This document shows positions 7,663 through 17,354 of a stretch of DNA of 64,000 nucleotides, in pieces (the first letter of the stretch is position 1; each line of letters starts with the position of its first letter). The notes under the pieces were generated by a model. That model searched no databases, was not told the DNA's origin, and worked only from the letters and a program-made list of their open reading frames with translations. Source of the DNA: a virus (Duplodnaviria; Caudoviricetes); the IMG/VR virus record IMGVR_UViG_3300033069_001465; one strand, given 5' to 3'. The translations under genes were made by a program, and so were the position numbers.

Positions 7663-9557
7663 ATATATTTTTTTAAATTTTCTAATAATCTATCAGCATT
7701 ATCAAATGGTTTTGATAAATTTTCTAAATCCAAATTAGATGTATAATAATCTTTTCCTTTATTTATATAGAAGGCCTCTATAAGGTCATTAGGGACATTT
7801 ATACCAGAGTATCTACATTGATTTACGATTGGGATTATCGCCTGTTTAGGTGTGAAATTTTCGTCTTTAAATGACTTTGGGAAGTCTTTACCATCATAAT
7901 CATTCGCACCGTCATCACCATGTACATAAAATCCTGCCACTTTTCCCTCTAAATGGTTTTTTAATAAGTCGTTATATTCACCAGATTGTGCAAATTTACC
8001 GGTTATTTCTGAATTTTTCAAATTTCCTTTTCCCAATACTTTAATAGCGTCATCATAGTGTAATGTTTGACTAGCACAAACTAATCTATCAAATAAAGCT
8101 TTTACTTGACTACTAACAGAGTACCAATGTATTGGACTAAATACTAAAAAAGCATCACACTTTTCAAGCTTTGTATATATGTCTCCGTCATACATAAAGT
8201 CTGGCTTTTTTTCATCATTCTTTTTATAACATGTGCAGTACCAATGACAATTATGTACCTCAATACCTTCACATATAAATTTGTGAGAATCACTAACAGA
8301 TATATCATAGACATCCGATGTTTCTATGCTTTCTATGCTTTCAATTTTTCCGAAGGATGTATGCTTTTTAGAATTTCTATATTTAATATATTCAAATTTG
8401 TAGTCTTTGTTAATTATACCGATTTCTCGCATGAATATATTGGCATTTTTACCGCTTATAATCAACATAGAAGACCTTTTAATAAATTTATTAAATCTAA
8501 AAGTTTCTATATGATCTAGATATGATATTGATGATTTTATTCCAAACTTTGATAATAACATTTGACAATCTCTTAGAGAATCTTTACTAACACTTGTTAA
8601 ATTTATCTCATAATATTTATTTCCATTATTATTTCTTAATATAACAGATCCATCAGTAGCAAACCATCCATTTAAAAATTTAGATATTTGTATTTTAGAA
8701 GAATTCATTATTATATCTGGTATTCTTCTACTGTGAATATTTTTAATCTTTTCTGATTTAATTAAAGTGTTTAGCGAGATGTTTATATTTCTATCTTTAA
8801 AAGATATCCAGTTGGTAGTAGTATTTTTTGATATTGGACCTTGTGAAACTGAAATTTCAAAATTAGATGATATAAAATTAAAAAGTTTTTCATCTCTTAT
8901 ATCATAACACAATCTTAATTTTCCACTCTTATATGATCCATCTCCCCATATCATACCAGCAATATGATAAACATTAATGTTATTATCATCGTTAATAAAA
9001 TTTTCATTAAAATTAAATGGAAGTCTATCACCAATTTTGATATCTTTTACATTTTTCCACTTTTCTTCATATCCAATTAATTTTCTCTTATTCCCATTTT
9101 TATATATTGGATTTATTATTTTTATTGGGTGATTGTCGGTAAGTTTTATTTTTCTACCATCCGAAACTATCACTTCAAATACATCAGAGTCTTTTCCTGA
9201 CATCCAAGCATTTTCAACTACTCCAGTAGATAGTTCATCTCCAATTTGAATATCTTCAATTTTCTTAAATCCATACTTTGTTTCTACTCTTTCACCTTTT
9301 GCAATACAATGATATCCACCAGCAGTTGATACACATCCCTTACATGGTTGTATGATTGATTTTTTAGACTGATTTACTGATAAGTCAATCACATCAAAAT
9401 TATAAATGTCAGAATATTTATCAACGACATACTCAACGATTGTATGAGTTTTACTTTCCATATTTGGACAAGTGTCTTTATCCCTTGGAGATCCTTGAAA
9501 GATAATTACCTTAGGCTTACTTTTATTAATATCTTCAAATAGTTTAATATATTTCAT
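7659..9557 (-). CDS. Flavodoxin-like iron-sulfur flavoprotein (FMN-reductase fold) interrupted by an intein
   Basis: GSPR; PCKGCVSTAGGYH|CHWYCTC after splicing; D.F.VFSPIHWY..SSQVKALFDRL; GKVAGF.VHGD. Confidence 0.85.
   Translation of the reverse strand: MKYIKLFEDINKSKPKVIIFQGSPRDKDTCPNMESKTHTIVEYVVDKYSDIYNFDVIDLSVNQSKKSIIQPCKGCVSTAGGYHCIAKGERVETKYGFKKIEDIQIGDELSTGVVENAWMSGKDSDVFEVIVSDGRKIKLTDNHPIKIINPIYKNGNKRKLIGYEEKWKNVKDIKIGDRLPFNFNENFINDDNNINVYHIAGMIWGDGSYKSGKLRLCYDIRDEKLFNFISSNFEISVSQGPISKNTTTNWISFKDRNINISLNTLIKSEKIKNIHSRRIPDIIMNSSKIQISKFLNGWFATDGSVILRNNNGNKYYEINLTSVSKDSLRDCQMLLSKFGIKSSISYLDHIETFRFNKFIKRSSMLIISGKNANIFMREIGIINKDYKFEYIKYRNSKKHTSFGKIESIESIETSDVYDISVSDSHKFICEGIEVHNCHWYCTCYKKNDEKKPDFMYDGDIYTKLEKCDAFLVFSPIHWYSVSSQVKALFDRLVCASQTLHYDDAIKVLGKGNLKNSEITGKFAQSGEYNDLLKNHLEGKVAGFYVHGDDGANDYDGKDFPKSFKDENFTPKQAIIPIVNQCRYSGINVPNDLIEAFYINKGKDYYTSNLDLENLSKPFDNADRLLENLKKYI
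8250..9308 (-). mobile_element. 353-aa intein with LAGLIDADG homing endonuclease
   Basis: Starts CIAKGERV; block B LTDNHP; LAGLIDADG-like IAGMIWGDG and FLNGWFATDG; ends VYDISV...HKFICEGIEVHN followed by Cys+1. Confidence 0.92.
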
Positions 9558-10428
9558 ACATGTCTTTTATAAATTTTATTACACCGTCAAGTTGGTCACA
9601 TTTATACATTTTTTCCTCCCAATTAACAACACTTCCATCATCCATTCCAACACATGCCAAAAACCAATCATCACTACATTTCATTATATCTATAGTTTCT
9701 TTTTCATTATTTGGTTTTATCCTCATAGTAAAATTTTTAACTACTATAACATCATCTTCTGATGTTTCTGATAATTTATGGCTTTTTATACTATCACCAT
9801 CATGTATCCTTATTTCTTCACTCTCAAACCACTTATCTAATCCCCAATTATCTGAGATAAGCCATTCTTTACCACCGGTAATAAGAGAAGCATCTTCAGT
9901 TTCAACCATAAAATCCTTTCCAACAAAATTCTTTAGTGTTAATATTTCACTGTTTGAAAGAAAGTATATATCGGGATTTTGTATAGTATTATCAAATTCG
10001 TCTTGTGTTACTTTATAATAATAGTTATTCTTAACATCTAATGATTCATCAACTTTGTTGGGTAATAGTGTTTTAAGACATTTTATAACACCATTTATTT
10101 GATCGCACTCATAAAAGAATGGATAGTCTGTTACTTGAAACCACTCATCTTTATATTTTTCTACTTTTATATATTTTTTCATAGATGTATCTTTATATGG
10201 AATCCATGTTCCTACACCAATAGGATGCTCATATGATCCTTGTTCTAACTCAAATTTATCAACTCTATATTTTCTTAAAAGTGATTTTATTTGATCAAAT
10301 TCTACATCAGTAAAGATATCTAAGTTAGAAGCAAAAAACTTTTCAACACCTTCACTGGCAGGCCCCCTGGATCCATAAGAAATCTCCCTAAATCCATTAA
10401 ATTTTTCAAATATTTTTAAATATTTCAT
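9544..10428 (-). CDS. Hypothetical protein, MKYLKIFE tag, two DEWF...(Y)xCDQxxG repeats
   Basis: KDEWFQV...YECDQINGVIK and DDWFLA...YKCDQLDGVIK. Confidence 0.8.
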   Translation of the reverse strand: MKYLKIFEKFNGFREISYGSRGPASEGVEKFFASNLDIFTDVEFDQIKSLLRKYRVDKFELEQGSYEHPIGVGTWIPYKDTSMKKYIKVEKYKDEWFQVTDYPFFYECDQINGVIKCLKTLLPNKVDESLDVKNNYYYKVTQDEFDNTIQNPDIYFLSNSEILTLKNFVGKDFMVETEDASLITGGKEWLISDNWGLDKWFESEEIRIHDGDSIKSHKLSETSEDDVIVVKNFTMRIKPNNEKETIDIMKCSDDWFLACVGMDDGSVVNWEEKMYKCDQLDGVIKFIKDMYEIY

Positions 10429-10760
10429 TTATTTATAACTTTATTTAGGTATTGCAATCCATAGAATATATCAACAACTCTTAATTTAATAACACCTTGT
10501 ACGGCAGGTGATGTAAAGCTATGCCCCTGCTTTCTAAGTAAAGCTGTTATCCAAATATAATCACCTCTTTTAACCTCTTTGACTGATAAATCCGTATTTA
10601 TGCCAATAGCACCTTCAGTAACAGGTATATCTTTCGGGTCGGTAAATATATCTAAGATTTCTTCGATTTGATACTCACCTTTAAGTTTTTGTATTTCTGG
10701 CTCTAAGTCTTTATTCTCAATATCTGAGGATAATTCGTCGTACTTTTTGATTTTATTCAT
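10425..10760 (-). CDS. Hypothetical protein
   Basis: 111 aa; late-type motif 4 nt upstream. Confidence 0.8.
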   Translation of the reverse strand: MNKIKKYDELSSDIENKDLEPEIQKLKGEYQIEEILDIFTDPKDIPVTEGAIGINTDLSVKEVKRGDYIWITALLRKQGHSFTSPAVQGVIKLRVVDIFYGLQYLNKVINK

Positions 10761-10811
10761 AAATTATATATTAAAATAAACAAGTAGTAAAATTTTAATA
10801 TATAACTTAAT

Positions 10812-12143
10812 ATGTCAAAGTTAATAACATTAAACGAAATGACGGATGAACAATTACTCAATGAATTATTTGATAACGAAATAGTCATATTTGAAGATGT
10901 TCAAGGAAGCAAAATCTACGTTAACTGGAATGGAAGAGAGTTTATAATAAAATCAAAATCACTATCTTCTGATCCTATTAACATGATAGATTTAGCTATG
11001 CAAAACTATTATAATCACGCAATTAACTATTTTAATTCACTTGATAATAGGGTTAAAGGATTACTAAATAGAGGATGGTGGTTTTGCTTTGAATATTTTG
11101 CAGATAACCAGCCAGCTAATATTGAATATAATAGAGTTCCGAAAAATAATTTGGTATTGGTATCCATTGCCAAAGGAAGCAAATTCACCTATACTATTGA
11201 TGAAATAGAGGAATATGCTCGTTTATTTGATGTGGATTCTATACCTGTTGTATTTAAAGGTAAATTAAGTGAAAAAGCAGCTGAGGCAATTAAGTATTTT
11301 TTAAACACCTCAGATTCAGATTTGGAATATGTTTTTGGAGATAAATCATTTACATTTTTCTTCTATAAGATTTTAAACCCACAAATAAATAATTCTTTTT
11401 TAATGAATGATGATTTTCAAAAAAACATTGAAAAACTTATTATTCGTGTCAATGGTAAAGATGTATCATTTGAATTATTAAATCCCTTATATAAAAGAAT
11501 TAGTAGTTCCAATTCTACAGAATTTGTAGAAGTTTATAGTCTTATATTAGTGAATTTTCTTAATTTCTGCCAATCTATTGATTTTAATTCAATTAAATTA
11601 AAAGGTGGCAGAAGAGAAGAAGTTTATATTTACCTAATGTGTAAATTATATAATATGTATGTATCTGAAGTAAAAGAAGACTTATTAAATTTTGATTTTG
11701 TAGTTCCAGAATTTTTTGATAAGGATAAATTTAGAATTAATACTGAATTAATAGACAATAAATTAACAAAAGAGTATATTGAAGAAAATAGAAAATTAGA
11801 ATATATTTTAAAAGTGATTCTAGGATCATTTAATAAGAAACGAAAAAAACCAATAGGGGTATTTACAGAAAATACAATTAACATTTTTAATAGATTTGTT
11901 GATTTTATTAGTAAGAAAATTGATGAGTATCTTAACAAAAAAAGTGAAACCGAATTTGTTAAAAAAGGATTAGTTGACTTCTCACAATGGTTTGATATTA
12001 AATATGATAAAGACGGTGAGGGTCAAGTTTACCCTAGTGTATGGGATGAAATAGAATCTGGTGGTGAACAGAAAAAAGGCAAAAAAGGCTCCAAAAAATC
12101 AGTTATATCAGATGAAAAAAATAACATTCAACCTACTAAGTAA
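10812..12143 (+). CDS. RNA/DNA ligase-like nucleotidyltransferase-fold protein with degenerate motif I
   Basis: EDVQGS (compare EKxDGS), FCFEY, PVVFKG and EKLIIR (compare EGxVxR), in ligase motif order. Confidence 0.45.
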   Translation: MSKLITLNEMTDEQLLNELFDNEIVIFEDVQGSKIYVNWNGREFIIKSKSLSSDPINMIDLAMQNYYNHAINYFNSLDNRVKGLLNRGWWFCFEYFADNQPANIEYNRVPKNNLVLVSIAKGSKFTYTIDEIEEYARLFDVDSIPVVFKGKLSEKAAEAIKYFLNTSDSDLEYVFGDKSFTFFFYKILNPQINNSFLMNDDFQKNIEKLIIRVNGKDVSFELLNPLYKRISSSNSTEFVEVYSLILVNFLNFCQSIDFNSIKLKGGRREEVYIYLMCKLYNMYVSEVKEDLLNFDFVVPEFFDKDKFRINTELIDNKLTKEYIEENRKLEYILKVILGSFNKKRKKPIGVFTENTINIFNRFVDFISKKIDEYLNKKSETEFVKKGLVDFSQWFDIKYDKDGEGQVYPSVWDEIESGGEQKKGKKGSKKSVISDEKNNIQPTK

Positions 12144-12657
12144 GCTAACATTATTTTTAATTACAATTTTTAGTCTTACATCTTGCACAATTTATAAAAT
12201 TGGACAAACACCAGATGATATGTACTATTCTCCACAATTGAATAGATATGTTCAGCAGACTACAAATAACTATACAATTGAAGATATACGTTTAAGACAT
12301 CAGATGTATGATTATAGATTCAGACTACTTGACTATGATGACTGGTATTATCAGAATAGATATACTAATCGAGGATATATTACTTTTGGATATACTTACA
12401 ATTGGAGATATTTAAATTATAATAATTTGTATCATCATAATTGGTATAATCCATACCTCTCATATCGTCCTGTCTATACATATTACAGAGCACAATATAG
12501 TAGTAATAATAATCGAAGAGTTAATACACCAAGAGTAGTTAATCTTAATACTTATAGGCCAGCTAACAATAACAATAGGCCAGCTAACAATAGGCCAGCT
12601 AACAATAACAATAGGCCGTCTAGCAATAATAGATCTGCTCCTATTAGGGTATTTTAA
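12112..12657 (+). CDS. Putative lipoprotein, Tyr/Asn-rich, with RPANNNN repeats
   Basis: ATG 12112; signal peptide with lipobox LTSC, then GQTPDDMYYSP. Confidence 0.7.
   Translation: MKKITFNLLSKLTLFLITIFSLTSCTIYKIGQTPDDMYYSPQLNRYVQQTTNNYTIEDIRLRHQMYDYRFRLLDYDDWYYQNRYTNRGYITFGYTYNWRYLNYNNLYHHNWYNPYLSYRPVYTYYRAQYSSNNNRRVNTPRVVNLNTYRPANNNNRPANNRPANNNNRPSSNNRSAPIRVF
12555..12630 (+). repeat. Tandem AGGCCAGCTAACAAT(AACAAT) repeats encoding RPANNNN
   Basis: Three near-identical units plus one degenerate unit. Confidence 0.8.
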
Positions 12658-12697
12658 TCGGTAAAAATAAATTTTTTTCATAAACAAACATATACTC

Positions 12698-13921
12698 ATG
12701 AGTATAATTTCTATGAATAAAGTTGTCGAATTTAAAGAGAAAGACTATTTAAGAACTATTGATAAAAAGAAACATAGCTTGCAATTTTTACCAGCCTCAC
12801 TTGAAGAACTGTCTAAAGTAAAAAAAATATCATATGGCGGAGTAGAATTAAAAACCTCCTATATTATAGATATTGTACATAATTTATTACTAAAATATTA
12901 TTTTAAAAAAGATAACTCATTTAATTTATCTGCTACCATCTTGAAAGAAAAATATGGCCACATATACAATTACTATATGGATTATCTAGTCAAGAATGAA
13001 TTCATTATTCTTGTCAGAAAACATCAAAAGGGTAAAAATTCTCGAATATATAAGCTCAACGAAAAGATTATAAAAGGTGAGATAAAACGGTATAAGAATC
13101 AAGATAATGTTTTATTAAAGAAATATCGAAATGCTATTTCAATTGTTGATAGCCCTCATTACGGAAAAGGCATACTAACTGAAGTAAAAAAGAAATTAGT
13201 TAATGATCTATTCTCAATTAATATAGATTATGTAAAATCTATATTTTTCTTAGATAGTACAAATCAAGATAATGATATTTATAATAAAAATAAGTATAGC
13301 GTAGAATGCATTAAAGATAATCACATATTTTATCACTTTGATGATTATGGAAGGATGCATACAAACTTTACCATCTTAAAATCATTTATTCGAAAAAATT
13401 GCCTACTCATAGATGGTGAAGAAACTTGCGAAATAGATATACCGAATAGTCAACCACTGTTTCTATATAAACTCATTAAAGATAATGATATATTTATCGT
13501 TAAAGATGAAGAGTTGGAATTATTTAGGATACTAACTGCTAGTGGTAAATTCTATCAATATTTACTTGATAATTGTGGATCACAAATGAGTAGAAAGGAA
13601 ATTAAAGAGGTTGTTTATAAGGTTTTATTCGGACGTAATTACAAAAATAATGCAGATAATCTATTTAAGAAATTGTTTCCGACTATTCATACATTTATAA
13701 AATCTTATAAAAAAGAAATGGGTGATTATAGAATGTTGTCTTATAATCTACAAAGGGCCGAATCTAACTTAATCTTTAATAGAATTATTAAGACGATAAT
13801 GGAGTTAGATCCCAATATTAAACTGATAACTGTTCATGATAGTATTATTTGTGCTAGAAAACACAAGGAAGCAGTTGAAATAGTATTCAATACACTATTA
13901 AAAGATGAGTTTGATTATTAA
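12698..13921 (+). CDS. Minimal PolA-superfamily (T7-like palm) polymerase with an N-terminal helical domain and no exonuclease
   Basis: GRMHT, motif A EIDIPNSQP, motif B R..IK...YKVLFG, LQRAES and motif C ITVHDS. The start may be ATG 12713. Confidence 0.7.
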   Translation: MSIISMNKVVEFKEKDYLRTIDKKKHSLQFLPASLEELSKVKKISYGGVELKTSYIIDIVHNLLLKYYFKKDNSFNLSATILKEKYGHIYNYYMDYLVKNEFIILVRKHQKGKNSRIYKLNEKIIKGEIKRYKNQDNVLLKKYRNAISIVDSPHYGKGILTEVKKKLVNDLFSINIDYVKSIFFLDSTNQDNDIYNKNKYSVECIKDNHIFYHFDDYGRMHTNFTILKSFIRKNCLLIDGEETCEIDIPNSQPLFLYKLIKDNDIFIVKDEELELFRILTASGKFYQYLLDNCGSQMSRKEIKEVVYKVLFGRNYKNNADNLFKKLFPTIHTFIKSYKKEMGDYRMLSYNLQRAESNLIFNRIIKTIMELDPNIKLITVHDSIICARKHKEAVEIVFNTLLKDEFDY

Positions 13922-13949
13922 GTCAGTTGATTAATTTAATATATAATTT

Positions 13950-14522
13950 ATGTTCAATTTAACTGATAGGAATATATCATATATTATAGTCTCACCTGAG
14001 AAGGAATCAAATACGCAAATAGATAATAAGTTCTTATGTGATAAGTTGTGTAATATTCTTTACTCTAAAGGATATACAATATTACCCGTAACTGGTCACT
14101 ATGAAGGAAGTTATGAAAGATCTTTTATAGCTGTTTGTGGTGATGGTAACGATATTTTAAGAAAAGACGCTTTTTTCCTAATGGAAGAGTTTGATCAGGA
14201 TTCTATTATAGCAAAATATAAAGGAGAAGAACAAGCTAAGAAAATTCTAAATAATGGATCTGAGAAGCTATTAAGTGTAGCAATTTACGATTCTAATACT
14301 ACAAATAAAACATACTTATATAATGGAGTATCCTTCTCATTCTTAGAGCAAAAAAGATATCATTTTTTAACTGGAAAAGAACAATTGAAAAAGGGAATGA
14401 TTGTTGAATTTTATAATAATGATCAATGGATTGAAAAGGTAGTTGAAAATATTGATGTGGAATATGAAAGACTATATAAATTATTAATTAAATATAACAA
14501 ACTTAGAGTTTGTATGGAATAA
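13950..14522 (+). CDS. Hypothetical protein (DUF3293-like fold possible)
   Basis: L..KGY...PV.GHYEG..E.SF...FDQDSII pattern. Confidence 0.65.
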   Translation: MFNLTDRNISYIIVSPEKESNTQIDNKFLCDKLCNILYSKGYTILPVTGHYEGSYERSFIAVCGDGNDILRKDAFFLMEEFDQDSIIAKYKGEEQAKKILNNGSEKLLSVAIYDSNTTNKTYLYNGVSFSFLEQKRYHFLTGKEQLKKGMIVEFYNNDQWIEKVVENIDVEYERLYKLLIKYNKLRVCME

Positions 14523-14524
14523 AA

Positions 14525-14809
14525 TTAGCTATTTATACTATCAATTTGCATATCACGGTACAAAGATAATACACGAAAGTATTCTTTATTATTTGATGGT
14601 GATACTCTTCTCAATACTGATAAATATCCTTGTAAAATATCAATTAGATTTGAATCAAAAAACTTTCCTTGTTTACTTGTGTCTGGATCCTCTTGTTTAC
14701 TCGTTGCATAATAAACCACCGACTTTAAATATGTGTCATAGTAATAATGAATTACTCCACCACTATATGATTCTTTATATAGAAAGATATTCCACATCAA
14801 TACTTCCAA
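14525..14809 (-). CDS. Hypothetical protein with C-terminal RDxxIxxI motif
   Basis: Ends LYRDMQIDSINS*; start uncertain. Confidence 0.65.
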   Translation of the reverse strand: MEVLMWNIFLYKESYSGGVIHYYYDTYLKSVVYYATSKQEDPDTSKQGKFFDSNLIDILQGYLSVLRRVSPSNNKEYFRVLSLYRDMQIDSINS

Positions 14810-14816
14810 CTATTTT

Positions 14817-15503
14817 TTATTTTTTAGAATCTTCAGCTGCTTCTTCTAAATCAGCTTTTTTAGCCGCATCAGCTAATACTTGAGATAAATCACACTCTTG
14901 TGCAGAAACACCAGCACTTCTATAAGAAGTTAATGTAGCACTGAATACTTTACTCATTTTCTTAGTTCCTTTGGAATCTGCTGCAAAGTTATAAGAAGCT
15001 CCGATACCTCTGGATGAACCTTCAGCAAATGAATCTTGGTTAGCACCAATATACATAAACTTCCAATTGTAATTCTTTTCTTGATGTTCAATAAGGGTTT
15101 TAACACTTTGTTTTGTATGCTCTTTTGAAGCATTTTCATGTCCATCAGTAATAGATACGATAAGAACTTTTTCTGGCCTTTCGGATTCATCTTTTGCCGC
15201 TAATCTAGCACCAGTTTCATTGATTAACCTAGCCAAGGAATCATTTAAAGGAGTAGATCCTCTTGGGGTATAATTAGATTCGTTTAATAACTTAACCTCA
15301 TTAAGTGGGGAAAAATCATTAATTGTTTCAAATTGTAACCCCATATTCTCATCAAATTGAACTAAAGTAACAGTTAAATCACCTGGTACATTTTTTTGAT
15401 CCTCAATTAGTTGGTTAAAACCACCAATAACATCAGATTTGATACTATTCATTGAACCAGATCTGTCAATTAAAATAGCAACGTGTGTGTAATTGTTTTT
15501 CAT
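14817..15503 (-). CDS. von Willebrand factor A domain protein
   Basis: MIDAS motif DRSGSM, TPLND and ITDGHENAS. Confidence 0.9.
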   Translation of the reverse strand: MKNNYTHVAILIDRSGSMNSIKSDVIGGFNQLIEDQKNVPGDLTVTLVQFDENMGLQFETINDFSPLNEVKLLNESNYTPRGSTPLNDSLARLINETGARLAAKDESERPEKVLIVSITDGHENASKEHTKQSVKTLIEHQEKNYNWKFMYIGANQDSFAEGSSRGIGASYNFAADSKGTKKMSKVFSATLTSYRSAGVSAQECDLSQVLADAAKKADLEEAAEDSKK

Positions 15504-15564
15504 TATAAAAACTATTTTTTTATTGCTTTCGCATTATAGAATAAAATTTATAATATATAAATTT

Positions 15565-16512
15565 ATGAAAGTTTACAATGTTTATAAACTATTTGAGAAT
15601 AAAAACATTAATTTTATTAAAAGGTCTATGAGTATTCATAGTAATTTCTATACTTATGATAAAGTTAATTATGTAGATTCAAAGTCTCCAGTTTTAATAA
15701 CATGTCCAAATCATGGTGATTTTTATCAAATTCCATATAACCATCTTATGGGCAAAGGATGTAAAAAATGTTCAGTAGAAAGAAATAAATTAAAATTTAC
15801 CAAAAGTAAAGATAGGTTTATTGATGATTCAAAAAATGTGCATTTTGATACATTTAATTATGATAAAGTAAAGTATATCAATGATTCTACTAAAGTTGTA
15901 ATTACCTGCCCAATTCATGGTGATTTTGAGCAAACTCCAAATAAACATTTGTTGGGCCAAGGATGTCCACTTTGCAAATTTGACAAATCAAAAACATCCT
16001 TTAATAAAAAATATTCAACATCATTTATAGATAAGTCAAATAGAGTTCATAATGGATATTACGACTACTCAAAGGCCAAATATTTAAATGCTAAATACCC
16101 AATTGAAATTATTTGTCCTAAACACGGATCTTTTTTACAACTTCCTTATAATCATCTTATAGGAAGGGGATGTATTAAATGTTCACAATCACAAGGTGAA
16201 AAAGCGATTGAATCTTTTTTAGTTTTAAACAAATTAGAGTATGAGTTTCAAAAAAAATTTCCTGATTGTAAAAATAAAGTACCATTATCCTTTGATTTTT
16301 ATTTACCAAAGTTTGACACACTAATTGAATTTGATGGCCTGCAACATTATAAACCATTGGGATATTTTGGTGGAGACAAGAAATTAGAATTTACACAACT
16401 ATGTGATAAAATAAAAAACGAATATTGTCTAAAAAACAATATTCGTTTGATAAGAATTTCATATAGTGATATTAAAAATATAAATAGAATATTATCAGGA
16501 ATACTGATTTAG
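15565..16512 (+). CDS. Free-standing putative homing endonuclease (three zinc-binding repeats plus a PD-(D/E)xK/Vsr-like domain)
   Basis: Three CP.HG.F.Q.P..HL.G.GC..C repeats and FDFYLP...LIEFDG.QHY. Start moved to ATG 15565, 5 nt after TAATATATA. Confidence 0.8.
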   Translation: MKVYNVYKLFENKNINFIKRSMSIHSNFYTYDKVNYVDSKSPVLITCPNHGDFYQIPYNHLMGKGCKKCSVERNKLKFTKSKDRFIDDSKNVHFDTFNYDKVKYINDSTKVVITCPIHGDFEQTPNKHLLGQGCPLCKFDKSKTSFNKKYSTSFIDKSNRVHNGYYDYSKAKYLNAKYPIEIICPKHGSFLQLPYNHLIGRGCIKCSQSQGEKAIESFLVLNKLEYEFQKKFPDCKNKVPLSFDFYLPKFDTLIEFDGLQHYKPLGYFGGDKKLEFTQLCDKIKNEYCLKNNIRLIRISYSDIKNINRILSGILI

Positions 16513-17241
16513 CATACCTATTTTTCCAACAGTTGCATTGACGTGCATTTGTAGCTTATCTTTATCTAATGATGATAATTGTTGAAGAAGCTGAAAGCTT
16601 TTTTGATATCCTGTCATATCAGCTTGCTCTCTATTATGCCAAAAATGATAGCACCTATATGGCATCTCTTTATAGGTTAGTCCTAGTTTCTTAACCTTAA
16701 CTGTCTGAAAATCATCTTCACATCCCCATCCCTCAAACATTTGACACCACCCACCAATTTTAACAATTGATTCAGCTTTGAAAATAACAATGCCACCACA
16801 AAGATTAATCTTTTGATTGTCATTTTCACCACGTCCAGCTCTTTGTATTTGTGGAAGCATGTTAAATGGATAATTGGTTTCCTCTGGAGTTAAATCTAAT
16901 ACAGAAGAATATGGACTAACCACATCGAAGTTATTTAATTCGTTAATAGAATTAACGAGTTCTTGAGGATCCATAACGATATCACAGTCTCCGAAAATAA
17001 TTACAGGATTTTTATTTCTTTTTAAGGCAACATTAAATGCCCATGATCTATTGTAAGGCTTATCACTTTTTATAAATACATGAGTAGCTCTTAGATTTAG
17101 ATGTGAAATTTTAGAATATTTATCTTGTTCTACGATGATTACATCAACATTATTGAAGCTTGCCAGCCATTCCAATACCTTCCTTAGATTGATTATTCTA
17201 TCCATTCTGTGACGGTATCCGATAACATATGTTACTCTCAT
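16495..17241 (-). CDS. Glycosyltransferase (GT-A, galactosyltransferase C-terminal-like)
   Basis: YNRSWAFNVA, DxD motif (GDCD) and GGW...FEGWGCEDD. Confidence 0.85.
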   Translation of the reverse strand: MRVTYVIGYRHRMDRIINLRKVLEWLASFNNVDVIIVEQDKYSKISHLNLRATHVFIKSDKPYNRSWAFNVALKRNKNPVIIFGDCDIVMDPQELVNSINELNNFDVVSPYSSVLDLTPEETNYPFNMLPQIQRAGRGENDNQKINLCGGIVIFKAESIVKIGGWCQMFEGWGCEDDFQTVKVKKLGLTYKEMPYRCYHFWHNREQADMTGYQKSFQLLQQLSSLDKDKLQMHVNATVGKIGMLNQYS

Positions 17242-17304
17242 TATAATTGTTTATTTTTAGTTTATATTCTATTTTAATTTGTTTGTTTCTAAGTAAATAT
17301 AAAA

Positions 17305-17336
17305 TTTGGTTATTTATTAAAATATTTTTATATTTG
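17305..17336 (+). promoter_or_regulatory. Bacteroidota-type promoter
   Basis: TTTG-N20-TATATTTG upstream of 17355. Confidence 0.6.
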
Positions 17337-17354
17337 TAAAAATAATAGTGTGAA

